64,000 bases of DNA from an uncultured Gemmatimonadales bacterium (lineage in GTDB: Bacteria > Gemmatimonadota > Gemmatimonadetes > Gemmatimonadales > GWC2-71-9), in contig CAVUAK010000003.1 of NCBI GenBank assembly GCA_963739455.1, positions 192,001-256,000 of the forward strand, given 5' to 3'. The translations under genes were made by a program, and so were the position numbers. Below are positions 10,510-21,373 of the stretch, piece by piece (position 1 is the stretch's first letter; the number at the start of each line of letters is the position of its first letter). The notes beneath the pieces were generated by a model. The model was given only the letters and a program-made list of their open reading frames with translations, was not told the origin of the DNA and did not search any database.

Positions 10510-10712
10510 ATAGCCGGCCCTCCACTCCCGATGTCACGCTGCCGCACGACGTGCCAGTTCGGACAGAACCCACAGATGCCCGTCGCTACAAAGACGAGCC
10601 CGAGCAGGGTGAGATAGCGCCACGGTACCGGCAGTGCCCCATAAAAACCGAGCAGCCCCACGCCGACGACCGTCCTGAAGATTCGTTCCAACCACCTCAT
10701 GTCCGGCGTCAT
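10506..10712 (-). CDS. DUF2892/YgaP-family small membrane protein
   Basis: ERIFRTVVG...LGLVFVATGICGFCP motif; GGAGG RBS. Confidence 0.75.
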   Translation of the reverse strand: MTPDMRWLERIFRTVVGVGLLGFYGALPVPWRYLTLLGLVFVATGICGFCPNWHVVRQRDIGSGGPAI

Positions 10713-10852
10713 ATCTTGCCTCCACAGCCAATGCCCAGGACATGTTAGCACGGAGGGTATGAAGCACCGGTGGGGCCATCGTGAAGGACTATTGGGTGGA
10801 TCGCTCGCGACCGCGAGGGTCGTTGGTCTGGTGATCGCGCGCAGCTAGCGCG

Positions 10853-11062
10853 TCAACCGACAATGTCGACGTCGCCGGGGGCGACGACGACGTCCCCGTG
10901 GCCCTCCACCTCCACCGTGATGCGGTCGATCAGCGGATCGCTGCTGTGCCGCTGAATACGGCTGACCTCCACGATCGTGCCGGTCTTCCCGCTGACGCGG
11001 GGGACCCCCGTCTTCACGATCTTGACCGTGGTTCCCGGAATACAACGATCGATGTGCGCCAT
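10853..11062 (-). CDS. Small hypothetical SH3/KOW-like beta protein
   Basis: PGTTVKIVK...GKTGTIVEV pattern; GAGGGG RBS. Confidence 0.55.
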   Translation of the reverse strand: MAHIDRCIPGTTVKIVKTGVPRVSGKTGTIVEVSRIQRHSSDPLIDRITVEVEGHGDVVVAPGDVDIVG

Positions 11063-11109
11063 GGGCCCCTCGGATAGGAGGATCTGGGCGAAAACTCGTC
11101 TTGCGTACC

Positions 11110-11152
11110 TGTCAATTATATGATACATCTTTAGTGTCAAGTCAACCTGACA
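11110..11152. promoter_or_regulatory. Tandem PpsR/CrtJ boxes upstream of hemB
   Basis: Two perfect TGT-N12-ACA sites: 11110-11127 and 11135-11152 (TGTCA-N8-TGACA), 7 bp apart. Confidence 0.85.
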
Positions 11153-11163
11153 CTAGGGGTAAC

Positions 11164-12189
11164 GTGACGGCCTTTCCTCCCATCTCCAGCGATTCCCTGA
11201 TTTCCCCGGCACCGGTCATCCGCCCAAGGCGGCGCCGGAGGTCGGAGGCCATTCGCGGCCTGGTCCGCGAGCACCGGCTGCACCAATCGCAGCTGATTGC
11301 CCCGCTGTTCGTTTGTCACGGGCGCAACGTGCGGCGTGAGGTAGCCTCGATGCCGGGTGTCTTCCAGCTGTCGCTCGACGCGCTCGAGGCGGCGGCGGAC
11401 GGGCTGGTCGAGGCGGGAATTCAATCGGTCATCCTGTTCGGGCTGCCCGAGTTCAAGGACGACGTCGGGTCGGAAAACTTTGATCCAGAAGGGATCATCC
11501 CCCAGGCGCTGATGCGACTGAGACGCCGTCATCCCTCGCTCTGCCTCATCACCGACCTCTGTTGCTGCGAATACACCGACCACGGACACTGCGGCATCCT
11601 CCGGGGCGAGGAGGTCGACAACGACGCGACGCTCGAGATCCTGGGCCGCGCCGCTGTCGCGCACGCCGAGGCCGGTGCCGACATCGTGGCGCCGAGCGGC
11701 ATGATGGATGGGATGGTGCGCGCCATTCGCGCCGCGCTCGACGGAGCGGGACAGGCGGAGTGTGGCATCCTCAGCTATGCGGTGAAGTACGCCAGCGGCT
11801 TCTATGGACCATTCCGCGATGCCGCCGGCAGCACGCCCTCCTTCGGTGATCGCAAGCAGTACCAGATGGACCCTGCCAATGTGCGCGAGGCGATCCAGGA
11901 GGCACGGCTCGACGAAGCCGAGGGTGCCGACATGCTCATGGTGAAGCCGGCGCTTGCCTATCTCGACGTGCTCGCCACGGTGCGGCGCGAGACCACCCTT
12001 CCACTGGTGGCATACAGCGTGAGCGGCGAGTACGCGATGATCCGTGCGGCCGGCATCAACGGCTGGATCGACGAGCGACGGGTGGTGCTCGAGACGCTGC
12101 TCAGCATGCACCGCGCCGGCGCGGACGCCATCATCACCTATCACGCTGAAGCGGCGGCGAAGTGGATCGCCGCGGACGCGCGCGCATGA
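11164..12189 (+). CDS. hemB: Porphobilinogen synthase
   Basis: [14 protein letters not shown] zinc site, [20 protein letters not shown]. Confidence 0.97.
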   Translation: MTAFPPISSDSLISPAPVIRPRRRRRSEAIRGLVREHRLHQSQLIAPLFVCHGRNVRREVASMPGVFQLSLDALEAAADGLVEAGIQSVILFGLPEFKDDVGSENFDPEGIIPQALMRLRRRHPSLCLITDLCCCEYTDHGHCGILRGEEVDNDATLEILGRAAVAHAEAGADIVAPSGMMDGMVRAIRAALDGAGQAECGILSYAVKYASGFYGPFRDAAGSTPSFGDRKQYQMDPANVREAIQEARLDEAEGADMLMVKPALAYLDVLATVRRETTLPLVAYSVSGEYAMIRAAGINGWIDERRVVLETLLSMHRAGADAIITYHAEAAAKWIAADARA

Positions 12190-13507
12190 CCGCTGCGCTG
12201 CAGGACAGCCTCACCGCCGTATCAGAGGCGCTCTTCGAGCGGGCGCAGGGCCTGCTGCCCGGTGGCGTCAGCAGCCCGGTGCGCGCGTTTCGCGGCGTGG
12301 GCGGTACGCCCCGCTTCATCGCGCGAGGCGAGGGGCCATACCTCTTCGATGTGGACGGCACCCGATACCTCGACCTGGTGCTCTCGTGGGGCCCGCTCAT
12401 CCTGGGACATGCCGCGCCGCCGGTAGTGGCTGCGATCGCAAACGCGGCGCAGCGGGGCACCAGCTATGGCGCACCTTGCGAGGCAGAACTGGAACTCGCC
12501 GAGCGCATCATCGGCACCTTCCCGGCGCTCGAGATGCTCCGCTTCGTCAATTCCGGGACGGAGGCCACGATGAGCGCGCTCCGCCTGGCGCGCGCGGTGA
12601 CTGGGCGCTCGATCATCGTGAAGTTCGACGGCTGCTATCACGGACATGCCGACGCCCTGCTGGTGGCCGCCGGGTCGGGCGTCGCGACCCTCGGGCTCCC
12701 GGATTCGCCCGGCGTCACCGGAGCCGCCGCGGCGGACACCGTCGTCCTGCGCTACAACGATCTCGAGGCCGCCGAGCAACTCTTCCGCGCGCGCGGTGAT
12801 GCCATCGCCGCGGTGATCGTGGAGCCGGTGGCCGGCAACATGGGAGTGGTGCTTCCACGACCCGGCTACCTGCAGGGGCTCCGCGCTCTCACGGCGAAGC
12901 ACGGCGCACTGCTCGTGTTCGACGAGGTGATGACCGGGTGGCGTGTGCACCGGCAGGGAGCCCAGGTGCTCCACGGCATCGAGCCCGACCTGACATGCCT
13001 CGGCAAGGTGCTCGGCGGCGGGTTGCCTGCGGCCGCGTACGGCGGACGCTCGGCCTACATGCGCCAGGTTGCTCCCGTCGGGCCGGTTTACCAGGCTGGC
13101 ACACTTTCGGGTAATCCGCTGGCCATGGCGGCAGGGATCGCGACGCTGGATGCACTCGCGCAGCCGGGCACGTGGGAGCGTGCCGAATCGCTGGGCGGCG
13201 TCCGCGTCCAGGCTGCTCGAGTCCGAGTGCGCCCGCGCCGGCATTCCGGTCGTGGTCAATCGGGTGGGCACGATGTTCACGCCGTTCTTCACCGCGGAGC
13301 CGGTGACCGACTACGACAGCGCGCGGCGCGCCGATCGCGCGACCTACGCGCGCTTCTTCCACGCGATGCTGGCCGAACGGGGTGTACCTCGCGCCCTCCG
13401 CCTTCGAGGCGGCGTTCACCTCGGTGGTGCACGGCGAGGACGAACTGGACCAGTGGAAGGCCGCGGTGGAAGCGGCCGTGGCACACCTTCAGGATTGCAG
13501 GACATAG
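12186..13507 (+). CDS. hemL: Glutamate-1-semialdehyde 2,1-aminomutase, two apparent frameshifts (about 13188 and 13380)
   Basis: [43 protein letters not shown]; the C-terminus continues in two other frames to [12 protein letters not shown]...TAG at 13505-13507. Confidence 0.9.
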
Positions 13508-13508
13508 C

Positions 13509-14907
13509 GTGGCGAACGTGGCCGTGGTCGGTGGCGGACTCGCCGGGCTCACGGCGGCTCACGCGGTGCGCGCGGAACGGCACGATGTGCAGGTGTTCGA
13601 GGTGGGAGGCGACGCCGGCGGGGTGATTCGCTCGGTTCGCGAGGGCGGGTTCCTTGCCGACCTGGGTCCCAACTCGATGATGGTGCCGCCGCCGCTGGTG
13701 ATGAGCCTCTTCGGCGACCTCAACCTGATGAGCGGAGCGGGTCGATGCGAACCCGCAGGCGCGCCGGCGCTATGTGGTGCGCGGTGGTCGTCCCTGTGCC
13801 GTGCCCAGTTCCCCGATGTCATTGTTCACGACGCCGCTGCTCTCGATGGGCGCGAAGCTCCGGCTGGTGACCGAGCCGTTTCGTCGCGCGCCTGCACCGT
13901 CTTTCGAGGAGAGCCTGGGTGAGCTGGTGCGCCGCCGGCTCGGGCAGGAGATCGTGGACTACCTGCTCAATCCCGTGACGGCGGGCGTGTACGCCGGCGA
14001 TCCCGATCGCCTGTCGGCTGCGCACGCCATGCCGTCGATCGGGGCGCTCGAGGCGCGCTATGGCTCGCTGGTTGGGGGTGGCCTGCAGATGATGAAGGGC
14101 CGCAACCACTCGTCGGGCGAGCCGGAGGGGAGGCTCTTCAGCTTTCGCGAGGGAATGGCCGCCATTCCAAGGGCGCTGGCTCGGCGCCTGGGCTCGTCGC
14201 TGCAGCTGCGTACTCGCGTCACGCGCATTGCCCGCGCAGGGTCGAGCTGGAGTGTCTCCAGCCGTGGTCCGTCGGGCATGGTGACCCAGCGATTCGACGC
14301 CGTGATCTGCGCCGCGCCGGCACACGCCTTTCCACTCATCGAGTTCGTGGGCGAAGCCGACGAGCAGTGGGAGACGCTGGCGGACGTGCACTATGCGCCG
14401 GTGGCGGTCGTCGTCACCGGCCTGGCGCGGTCCGACGTGGCGCATCCGCTCGATGGGTTCGGGGTGCTGGTTCCTGCGGTCGAGCACGGCCGGACACTGG
14501 GAACGCTCTTCTCATCCACGCTGTTTCCCGGCAGGGCGCCTGAAGGCTTCGTGACGCTCACGACCTTCCTCGGCGGGGAGCGCCAGCCGGAGATCGCCCT
14601 GGGTGACGAAGCGTCGCTGGCTGCCGCCGCCGATGCCGACCTGCTCGACCTGCTGGGTGCGCGGGGCACGCCGGCGTTCCGGCGCGTCCAGAAATATTCG
14701 CGCGCGATCCCGCAGTATCAGGTGGGCTACGGCCGGCTCAAGGCGGCGGGGGATGCGCTCGAGCGGGCCAACCCGGGGTTCGTGCTCGCGGGGAGCCATC
14801 GCAACGGCGTGGCGCTGAGCGACGTCATGATGTCCGGGCTGCTCGCGGCACAGGAGACCTGCGCCAACTTCGTTCCAGGACGCCAGCCGGCGGCGGTGGC
14901 GGGATGA
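13509..14907 (+). CDS. hemY: Protoporphyrinogen oxidase (HemY/HemG type), apparent frameshift at about 13733
   Basis: [14 protein letters not shown] motif and DLGPNS in one frame; [18 protein letters not shown] in the next frame. Confidence 0.88.
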
Positions 14908-15815
14908 TCGCCGCACCGGGACGAATCGATACCATCGACAGCGCCACATGGGCGGCGGTCGTGCGGTCGGGGCACGCCTTGCTTGCCCAGAAGGCCCGCA
15001 CCTTCCGTCTCGCCACGGCGATGCTGCCGGCGGGGCTGCACGATGACATCGCGGTGCTCTACGCGTTCTGTCGCACTGCCGACGACCTTGTTGACGAAAC
15101 CGGAGACGAGGTGGCGCTGTTGCGGCTCGAGCGCGAACTCGGGAATACCGAGCCGGCATGCCCACTGGTGCAGGCGCTGCAGGATCTCTCGCGCCGACGC
15201 GGGATCTCGCTGGCCCACGCGCAGTCGCTGCTGGCCGGCGTGCGACAGGACCTCGGATGCGTCCGCATGGAGAGTGATGGCCAGCTGCTCGGCTACTCGT
15301 GGCAGGTGGCGTCCACCGTAGGGCTGATGGTGAGCCGCCTGCTCGGCGTGGAGGACCCCGCCGCCATGGGCCATGCGGCGGACCTGGGCCTTGCGATGCA
15401 ACTCACCAACATCGTCCGGGACGTGCGCGAGGATGCGACGCGAGGCAGGGTGTACCTGCCGCGGACCCGCCTCGAGGCGCACGGACTTTCCGCCGATGAT
15501 GTGTTGCGGGGTCGCCAGCGCGAGGGCATTCGCGCCGTGTGTCTCGAGTTGCTGGACCTGGCCGACCGCTACTATGCCAGCGGAGAAGCGGGCTTCCGCT
15601 ACATCCCGCTGCGGGCGCGTGTCGGCGTCGCGGTGGCGCAGCGGGTCTACGCTTCCATCGGCTGGCGGATCCGGGCCACCGGGCATCATCCGCTGGATGG
15701 CCGCCTGGTCGTCCCCCGTTCCGAGAAACTCGGCCGTGTGGGCGAAGCGGTGGCCGTCTCCGTGCGCACCTCGTTCAGCCGGCTCCCCACGGCGCAGCAT
15801 ACCTCTCCCGCATGA
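14904..15815 (+). CDS. crtB: Phytoene synthase
   Basis: YAFCRTADDLVD and LGLAMQLTNIVRDVREDA..GRVYLP motifs. Confidence 0.88.
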   Translation: MIAAPGRIDTIDSATWAAVVRSGHALLAQKARTFRLATAMLPAGLHDDIAVLYAFCRTADDLVDETGDEVALLRLERELGNTEPACPLVQALQDLSRRRGISLAHAQSLLAGVRQDLGCVRMESDGQLLGYSWQVASTVGLMVSRLLGVEDPAAMGHAADLGLAMQLTNIVRDVREDATRGRVYLPRTRLEAHGLSADDVLRGRQREGIRAVCLELLDLADRYYASGEAGFRYIPLRARVGVAVAQRVYASIGWRIRATGHHPLDGRLVVPRSEKLGRVGEAVAVSVRTSFSRLPTAQHTSPA

Positions 15816-16798
15816 CGCCAGCCGTCCTGGTGGATCAGTCGCGTTCGGCGCTGCCATCCACCGCCGGGGGGTTCCTCGAACACGCCGCGTGCGTCAGTTG
15901 TGGCGCCGATGAGCCGCGACCGCTGCTCGAGACGCCGGTCCAGATGACCGACGAACGCAATGAGTCGTTTGCCTGGGTGACGTGCGGCCAATGCGAGCAG
16001 GTGTACCTCAGTCCGCGAGTGCCACCCGCGCGGATCGGTGAGTACTACGAGAACTACCTTCCGCACCGCGGGTCGGCCGCGTGGGGGCGCTGGGCCTTCC
16101 TCGTCGATTACGACCAGTGGCGGCTCGACCGGGCCCGCCTTCGCACGGTCCGTCGCACTGGTGCACTTACCCGCGAGACATCGCTGCTGGATGTCGGCTG
16201 TGGCTGCCCGACGTTCCTCGCCCGCGTATACCGGGACAGTGGCGCCCGGTCCGTCGGGATGGATTTTGATGCGAATGGCTGGACGGTACCGAGCCCGAGG
16301 TGGAGGGGATTGTCGCTGCACGAAGGTGACCTTGATGTGGTGGCGCCTCTCGCGCCCTTCGATGTCATCACCATGTGGCACGCACTCGAGCACCTCTATG
16401 ATCCCGTGGCCTCACTTTGCCAGCTCCGGTCCATGGCGGCACCGGGCGCGCGCCTGATCATCGAGGTCCCGGACTACGACAGCATCACGCGGCGCCGGCA
16501 CGGCGTGCGCTGGGCGGGATTCCATACGCCGCGCCACACGGCCGCCTATACGCCAGCGACATTGCGACGCCTGGTCGAGCGGAGCGGCTGGCGCGTGCGG
16601 ACCCAGTACCAGCGGGGCACGCTCCATCCCTACATCGTCCACTGGCTGGGCCGCCAGGAAATCGAGGGCCGCACGTGGCGTGGCTCGCTCCAGGGACGCA
16701 TGATTCCCTTCATCATCGGGCGGGCCCTCACGTTCCCCATCACCATGCTGCAGCGGTGGTTGCCGCTCGGAGTGCAGACGCTCGTCGCCACCGCCTGA
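15812..16798 (+). CDS. Class I SAM-dependent methyltransferase with N-terminal CxxC/CxxC
   Basis: LLDVGCG, FDVITMWHALEH, IIEVP; ATGA overlap with crtB. Confidence 0.85.
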   Translation: MTPAVLVDQSRSALPSTAGGFLEHAACVSCGADEPRPLLETPVQMTDERNESFAWVTCGQCEQVYLSPRVPPARIGEYYENYLPHRGSAAWGRWAFLVDYDQWRLDRARLRTVRRTGALTRETSLLDVGCGCPTFLARVYRDSGARSVGMDFDANGWTVPSPRWRGLSLHEGDLDVVAPLAPFDVITMWHALEHLYDPVASLCQLRSMAAPGARLIIEVPDYDSITRRRHGVRWAGFHTPRHTAAYTPATLRRLVERSGWRVRTQYQRGTLHPYIVHWLGRQEIEGRTWRGSLQGRMIPFIIGRALTFPITMLQRWLPLGVQTLVATA

Positions 16799-16818
16799 CT
16801 CCCCCAGAAAGGCCCTTC

Positions 16819-17838
16819 GTGCCACCGAGTTTTCCCTTCTCCGCCATCGTAGGCCAGCACGAAATGAAGTTGGCACTGCTCGTGGCCGCCGTGGATCCGG
16901 GGATCCGCGGGGTCATGGTGTTTGGCGACCGCGGCACCGGCAAGTCCACGGCGGTGCGCGCGATGCCAGGGGTGCTGCCGCAGATGATGGCGGTATCCGG
17001 GTGCCGCTACGGCTGCGACCCGGACGATCCCTGCGAGGAATGCACGGAGCGTCGCACGCGCGGCGAGCGGCTGCGCGCGGTGAAGGTGCCGGTGCCGGTG
17101 GTGGACCTGCCGCTCGGTGCCACGGAGGACCGGGTGGTGGGCTCGCTCGACCTCGAGCGCGCGCTGACGTCGGGGGAGAAGCGCTTCGAGCCGGGCCTGC
17201 TCGCTCGCGCCAATCGCGGTTTCCTGTATGTGGACGAAGTGAACCTGCTCGAGGATCACCTCGTGGACCTGCTGCTGGACGTGGCGGCGAGCGGCGTGAA
17301 CGTGGTGGAGCGCGAGGGCCTGAGCCTGCGACACCCGGCACGGTTTGTCATGGTGGGGAGCGGCAACCCGGAGGAAGGTGACCTGCGCCCGCAGCTGCTC
17401 GACCGGTTCGGCCTGTCGGTGGACGTGCGAACTCCAACCGCTGTGGCGGAACGGATCGACGTGATTCGCCGGCGTGATGCGTTCGATCGCGATCCCGATG
17501 CGTTCATGGAGGAATGGAAGGCGGAGGACGCCAAGGTGCTCCGACGCATCCAGCAGGCCCGGAAGCGCATCGACGGCGTGATCATCGATGACGAAATGCT
17601 GGGCCGGGCCACTGCACTCTGCGTGGCGCTCGGCACCGACGGCCTGCGGGGCGAACTGACGTTGATGCGCGCATCGCGCGCCACGGCGGCCCTCGATGGT
17701 GCGAAGCAGGTTGCGCTCCAGCACCTGCGCCAGGTGGCACCCCTCGCCCTGCGTCACCGGCTGCGCCGCAATCCACTCGACGACACTTCGTCCACCACCC
17801 GAGTGGAACGCGCGGTGGCGGAGCTGCTGGTCGCGTGA
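16819..17838 (+). CDS. bchI: Mg-chelatase ATPase subunit I
   Basis: FPFSAIVGQ, GDRGTGKST, LPLGATEDR, NPEEGDLRPQLLDRFG. Confidence 0.97.
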   Translation: MPPSFPFSAIVGQHEMKLALLVAAVDPGIRGVMVFGDRGTGKSTAVRAMPGVLPQMMAVSGCRYGCDPDDPCEECTERRTRGERLRAVKVPVPVVDLPLGATEDRVVGSLDLERALTSGEKRFEPGLLARANRGFLYVDEVNLLEDHLVDLLLDVAASGVNVVEREGLSLRHPARFVMVGSGNPEEGDLRPQLLDRFGLSVDVRTPTAVAERIDVIRRRDAFDRDPDAFMEEWKAEDAKVLRRIQQARKRIDGVIIDDEMLGRATALCVALGTDGLRGELTLMRASRATAALDGAKQVALQHLRQVAPLALRHRLRRNPLDDTSSTTRVERAVAELLVA

Positions 17839-19493
17839 TGCGACGCGCGCTGGCGCTGCTGGCGGTTGACCCGGTCGGCCTGCGCGGGGCGGTCCTGCAT
17901 GGGCACGCCGATGACCGGCGCGACGAGGTGCTGGCCCTGTTCGATGGATTGCTCGATGTGGACAGGGTGCGCCGCCGTCTTCCTCCCGGCATGGCGGCGG
18001 AGCGACTGCACGGCGGCCTCGACCTGGCCGCGACGCTCGCGACCGGTCGCCCGGTGCAGGAGCGTGGGTTGCTGGCGGTGGCAGAGGGTGGCGTGCTGAC
18101 CTTGCCAATGGCGGAGCGCGCCGCAGGACCGGTCGTGGCCGCACTGCTCGGAATGCTCGACCACACCGGCGGAACGACCCTCCTTGCCCTCGACGAAAGC
18201 ATGCCCGACGAGCCACCGGTCGCGACGGCGCTGCGCGAGCGCCTCCCGTTCCTCCTGAAAATGGATGGAGGCGAGGATGAGGCGTGCGCATGGCCGACGC
18301 CCACCGAACTTGCGGCGGCGCGTGCGCGCCTGCCCGGGGTCACAGTGGGCGACGAGGCAATGCGCGTCATCTGCCATACCGCGGTGGCGCTGGGCGTCGG
18401 GTCGAGCAGGGCCGACGTCCTTGCGGTGCGCGCCGCGCGGGCGCATGCGGCGCTCGAGGGTCGCGCGGAGGTAGCGGAGGCCGATGTCGCCGTCGCATGC
18501 GCGCTCGTGCTGGCGCCGCGCGCCACCCGACTTCCCGAGACGCCACCTGAACCGCCTGCGCCCGCGCCTGAGGAGCAAGCGGCGTCGCCTGAGCAGGGCC
18601 AGGAGGATCAGGCCGTGGGTGAAATGGCCGATCGCGTGCTCGAGGCGACCCGCGCGGCACTGTCCCCTGAGATGCTGGAGGGACTGCGGCAGCAGGGTGG
18701 TGGCAAGGCGAGGGGCAAGAGTGCCGCAGGCACGATGACGCCGCGGCATGGCCGGCGCATCGGTTCGCGCGCCGGGGACCCGCGCACCGGCGCCCGGCTC
18801 GATCTCGTCGATACCCTGCGCGCGGCGGCCCCATGGCAGCGCCTGCGCGGTGCCACGCCTGGCAAGGTCGCTGTTCGCCGCCAGGATTTTCGGGTGCAGC
18901 GATGCAAGGCGAAGAACGGCACCACCATCATCTTCTGCGTCGATGCCTCGGGATCGTCGGCATTGCACCGCATGGCCGAGGCTAAGGGAGCGGTCGAGCT
19001 GCTCCTTGCGGAGAGTTACGTGCGCCGGGATCGCGCGGCGCTCATCAGTTTCCGCGGTACTCGCGCCGAGATCCTGCTGCCGCCCACGCGATCGCTCGCG
19101 CGGGCGAAGCGCGCGCTTGCCGCGCTGCCGGGTGGTGGGGGGACCCCACTCGCCGCCGCCCTTGTTGCCGCCGGGCAGCTCGCGTCACAAGTGTCGGCGG
19201 AACGCGATGGCGGCTCGGTGCTGCTGGTGCTGCTCACCGATGCTCGCGCGAACGTGGCGCTCGACGGAACGGGCGGTCGCCCGCGCGCCGAGGCCGACGC
19301 CGAGACGGCGGCCCGCGCCCTGCGAGCGATGGCCGTTCCGGTCCTCCTCATCGACACCGCGCCGCGACCGGGCGCATTCGCGGCATCGCTTGCAGCGGCG
19401 ATGGGTGGTCGGTACATCGCGCTGCCCACGGCTGATGCCGCGGGCGTGAAGGGGGCGGTGCAGGCGGCGCGCGAGGGACTCAAGGCCTCATGA
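17835..19493 (+). CDS. bchD: Mg-chelatase subunit D
   Basis: Degenerate AAA domain, Pro-rich linker, vWA VDASGS and GGGTPL. Confidence 0.93.
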   Translation: MMRRALALLAVDPVGLRGAVLHGHADDRRDEVLALFDGLLDVDRVRRRLPPGMAAERLHGGLDLAATLATGRPVQERGLLAVAEGGVLTLPMAERAAGPVVAALLGMLDHTGGTTLLALDESMPDEPPVATALRERLPFLLKMDGGEDEACAWPTPTELAAARARLPGVTVGDEAMRVICHTAVALGVGSSRADVLAVRAARAHAALEGRAEVAEADVAVACALVLAPRATRLPETPPEPPAPAPEEQAASPEQGQEDQAVGEMADRVLEATRAALSPEMLEGLRQQGGGKARGKSAAGTMTPRHGRRIGSRAGDPRTGARLDLVDTLRAAAPWQRLRGATPGKVAVRRQDFRVQRCKAKNGTTIIFCVDASGSSALHRMAEAKGAVELLLAESYVRRDRAALISFRGTRAEILLPPTRSLARAKRALAALPGGGGTPLAAALVAAGQLASQVSAERDGGSVLLVLLTDARANVALDGTGGRPRAEADAETAARALRAMAVPVLLIDTAPRPGAFAASLAAAMGGRYIALPTADAAGVKGAVQAAREGLKAS

Positions 19494-20275
19494 ATACCGA
19501 CGAATCGCGACGTGACCGATGGATCAGTGCCCTTCAGGCACTGGGCCTGGTCGTGCTCTTCTGGTGGCTCGTCACCGGCCTCCTGTTTGGACTTCCGGCC
19601 ACCGTCGAGGGGCGCCGGGCCGCCGCGATTGTGGCGTCTCTGCTCGGGGGATCGGCGCTCGCGCTTGCCATTCTCATTCGACAGGACCGTTCTCCGCGCG
19701 CCGCCTGGCTCGGCTTCCTTGCCGGCGGAACACTCTGGGCATGGGCGCAGGCGGCACTCTATGGTGGGTGGCTGGTGGGGCCGGGAGCGAGCGGCGCGCC
19801 GATTCCCGACAGCCGCTGGGCGGTGGCGATGGAGGCACTTCGTGAGACGTCCTGGAGCGAAGCGGCGGCGCTGGGCGTTCTGGCCCTCTCGGCTCTCCTG
19901 GCGGTTGGTGCCCGGAACAAGGTGGCGTTCGGGACAGTTGCCCTGCTCTGGGCCGCCCACCAGGTGGCGCGGATCAACGTGTTCCTGGGAGTGGCGAATG
20001 CGAGCCCTGGCCTGCTGCCAGATCACCTGCAGTTCATGACCCGCTTTTTTGGACCGCCCGAAAACACCCCATTCCTGGCCGTAAGCGTCGTTTTCTGGGT
20101 GGTTGCTACCCTGTTCCTGCTCCGAACCGGGTGGCGGGCACAGGATGCCTTCACCCGCCGGTCGGCCATGGTGTTTGGGGTGCTCGCCGGACTCGCCGCC
20201 CTCGAGCACCTCTTTCTGGGGCTCTCGGCACGGCTGGCCCTGTGGGACTTTTTCCTCCGCTCGCGGTCCGGCTAG
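19490..20275 (+). CDS. puhE: Photosynthetic complex assembly protein PuhE (DUF3623-like)
   Basis: WWLVTG N-terminal motif, ARINVFLGV, LPDHL, LAALEH; multi-TM. Confidence 0.8.
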   Translation: MNTDESRRDRWISALQALGLVVLFWWLVTGLLFGLPATVEGRRAAAIVASLLGGSALALAILIRQDRSPRAAWLGFLAGGTLWAWAQAALYGGWLVGPGASGAPIPDSRWAVAMEALRETSWSEAAALGVLALSALLAVGARNKVAFGTVALLWAAHQVARINVFLGVANASPGLLPDHLQFMTRFFGPPENTPFLAVSVVFWVVATLFLLRTGWRAQDAFTRRSAMVFGVLAGLAALEHLFLGLSARLALWDFFLRSRSG

Positions 20276-20339
20276 CCCCCTTTTCCAGCAGCCAGTAAAA
20301 GAGGAGAGCCCCCGGCGCGCGGAACTTTACGGACCTAGG

Positions 20340-20383
20340 TGTACCAGATGCTTGACAACATTGGATGTAAGCCGCACTTTACA
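20340..20383. promoter_or_regulatory. Tandem PpsR/CrtJ boxes in the bchC promoter
   Basis: TGT-N12-ACA at 20340-20357 and 20366-20383, 8 bp apart; TTGACA lies inside the first box. Confidence 0.9.
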
Positions 20384-20413
20384 ATCGTCTCGCCCCATTG
20401 AAGGTTCCCCCGG

Positions 20414-21373
20414 GTGCCGAGGAGTGAATTGCACACAACGGCGGTTGTCATCGAAGAGCCCAGGCGTCTGGCCCTTCGCCGAGTCTCGCTAGTCGAGCCG
20501 GCGGACGCCGATGTCGTTGTCGCTGTCGAGTGGAGCGGCATCAGCACCGGCACCGAGCGGCTCCTCTATTCAGGGGCAATGCCTCCGTTTCCGGGGTTGG
20601 GCTATCCGCTCGTCCCTGGCTATGAAGCGGTGGGCCGGGTGATCGCGGCGGGCTCGACCTCGGGACGGTCGGTTGGCCAGCGCGTCTTCATTGCCGGTGC
20701 CCGTTGTTTCGATGGGGTGAAGAGCCTGTTCGGCAGCAACGCGGCCCGGCTCATCGTGCCCGGCGCCAAGGCGTTCCCACTGGTCGACGAGGTCGCGATG
20801 GACGGGGCGCTGCTGGCGCTCGCTGCCACGGCGCGGCATGCCGGCTGGCAGCCCGGAGCCACGCCGCCCGACCTCATCGTCGGGCACGGGGCATTGGGAC
20901 GCTTGCTCGCGCGCCTCGCGGTTGCGCTCGCCCCCGGCGGGAAGCCACCAACGGTGTGGGAGGTCAATCCGGCGCGGCGTACGGCGGCGGTGGGTTATGA
21001 CGTGATCCACCCCGACAGTGATGACCGACGCGACTACAGGTCGATCTACGATGTCAGCGGAAATGCCGGACTGCTGAACACGTTCATCGATCGCCTGGCT
21101 CCTGGTGGTGAAGTGGTTCTCGCCGGTTTCTACGACACCCTGACCTTCAACTTCGTCCCTGCCTTCCTGCGCGAGGCGCGCCTGCGCGTCGCCGCGGAAT
21201 GGCGCGCGGACGACCTGCAGGCCGTGGTCGACATGACCAACGCCGGTACGCTGCGGCTCGACGGCATCATCACTCACCGTTCCGACGCGGCAGATGCCTG
21301 TCAGGCATACCCGGTGGCGTTCAGTGATCCCGAATGCGTGAAGATGGTTCTCGACTGGAGGGATGCAGCGTGA
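20414..21373 (+). CDS. bchC: 3-hydroxyethyl bacteriochlorophyllide a dehydrogenase
   Basis: WSGISTGTERL, MPPFPGLGYPLVPGYE, CVKMVLDW. Confidence 0.95.
   Translation: MPRSELHTTAVVIEEPRRLALRRVSLVEPADADVVVAVEWSGISTGTERLLYSGAMPPFPGLGYPLVPGYEAVGRVIAAGSTSGRSVGQRVFIAGARCFDGVKSLFGSNAARLIVPGAKAFPLVDEVAMDGALLALAATARHAGWQPGATPPDLIVGHGALGRLLARLAVALAPGGKPPTVWEVNPARRTAAVGYDVIHPDSDDRRDYRSIYDVSGNAGLLNTFIDRLAPGGEVVLAGFYDTLTFNFVPAFLREARLRVAAEWRADDLQAVVDMTNAGTLRLDGIITHRSDAADACQAYPVAFSDPECVKMVLDWRDAA

Noticed and set aside
12162..13922. 586-aa ORF resembling a HemL-HemY fusion
   Set aside because: Artefact of frameshifts; HemL ends at TAG 13505-13507 and HemY starts at GTG 13509
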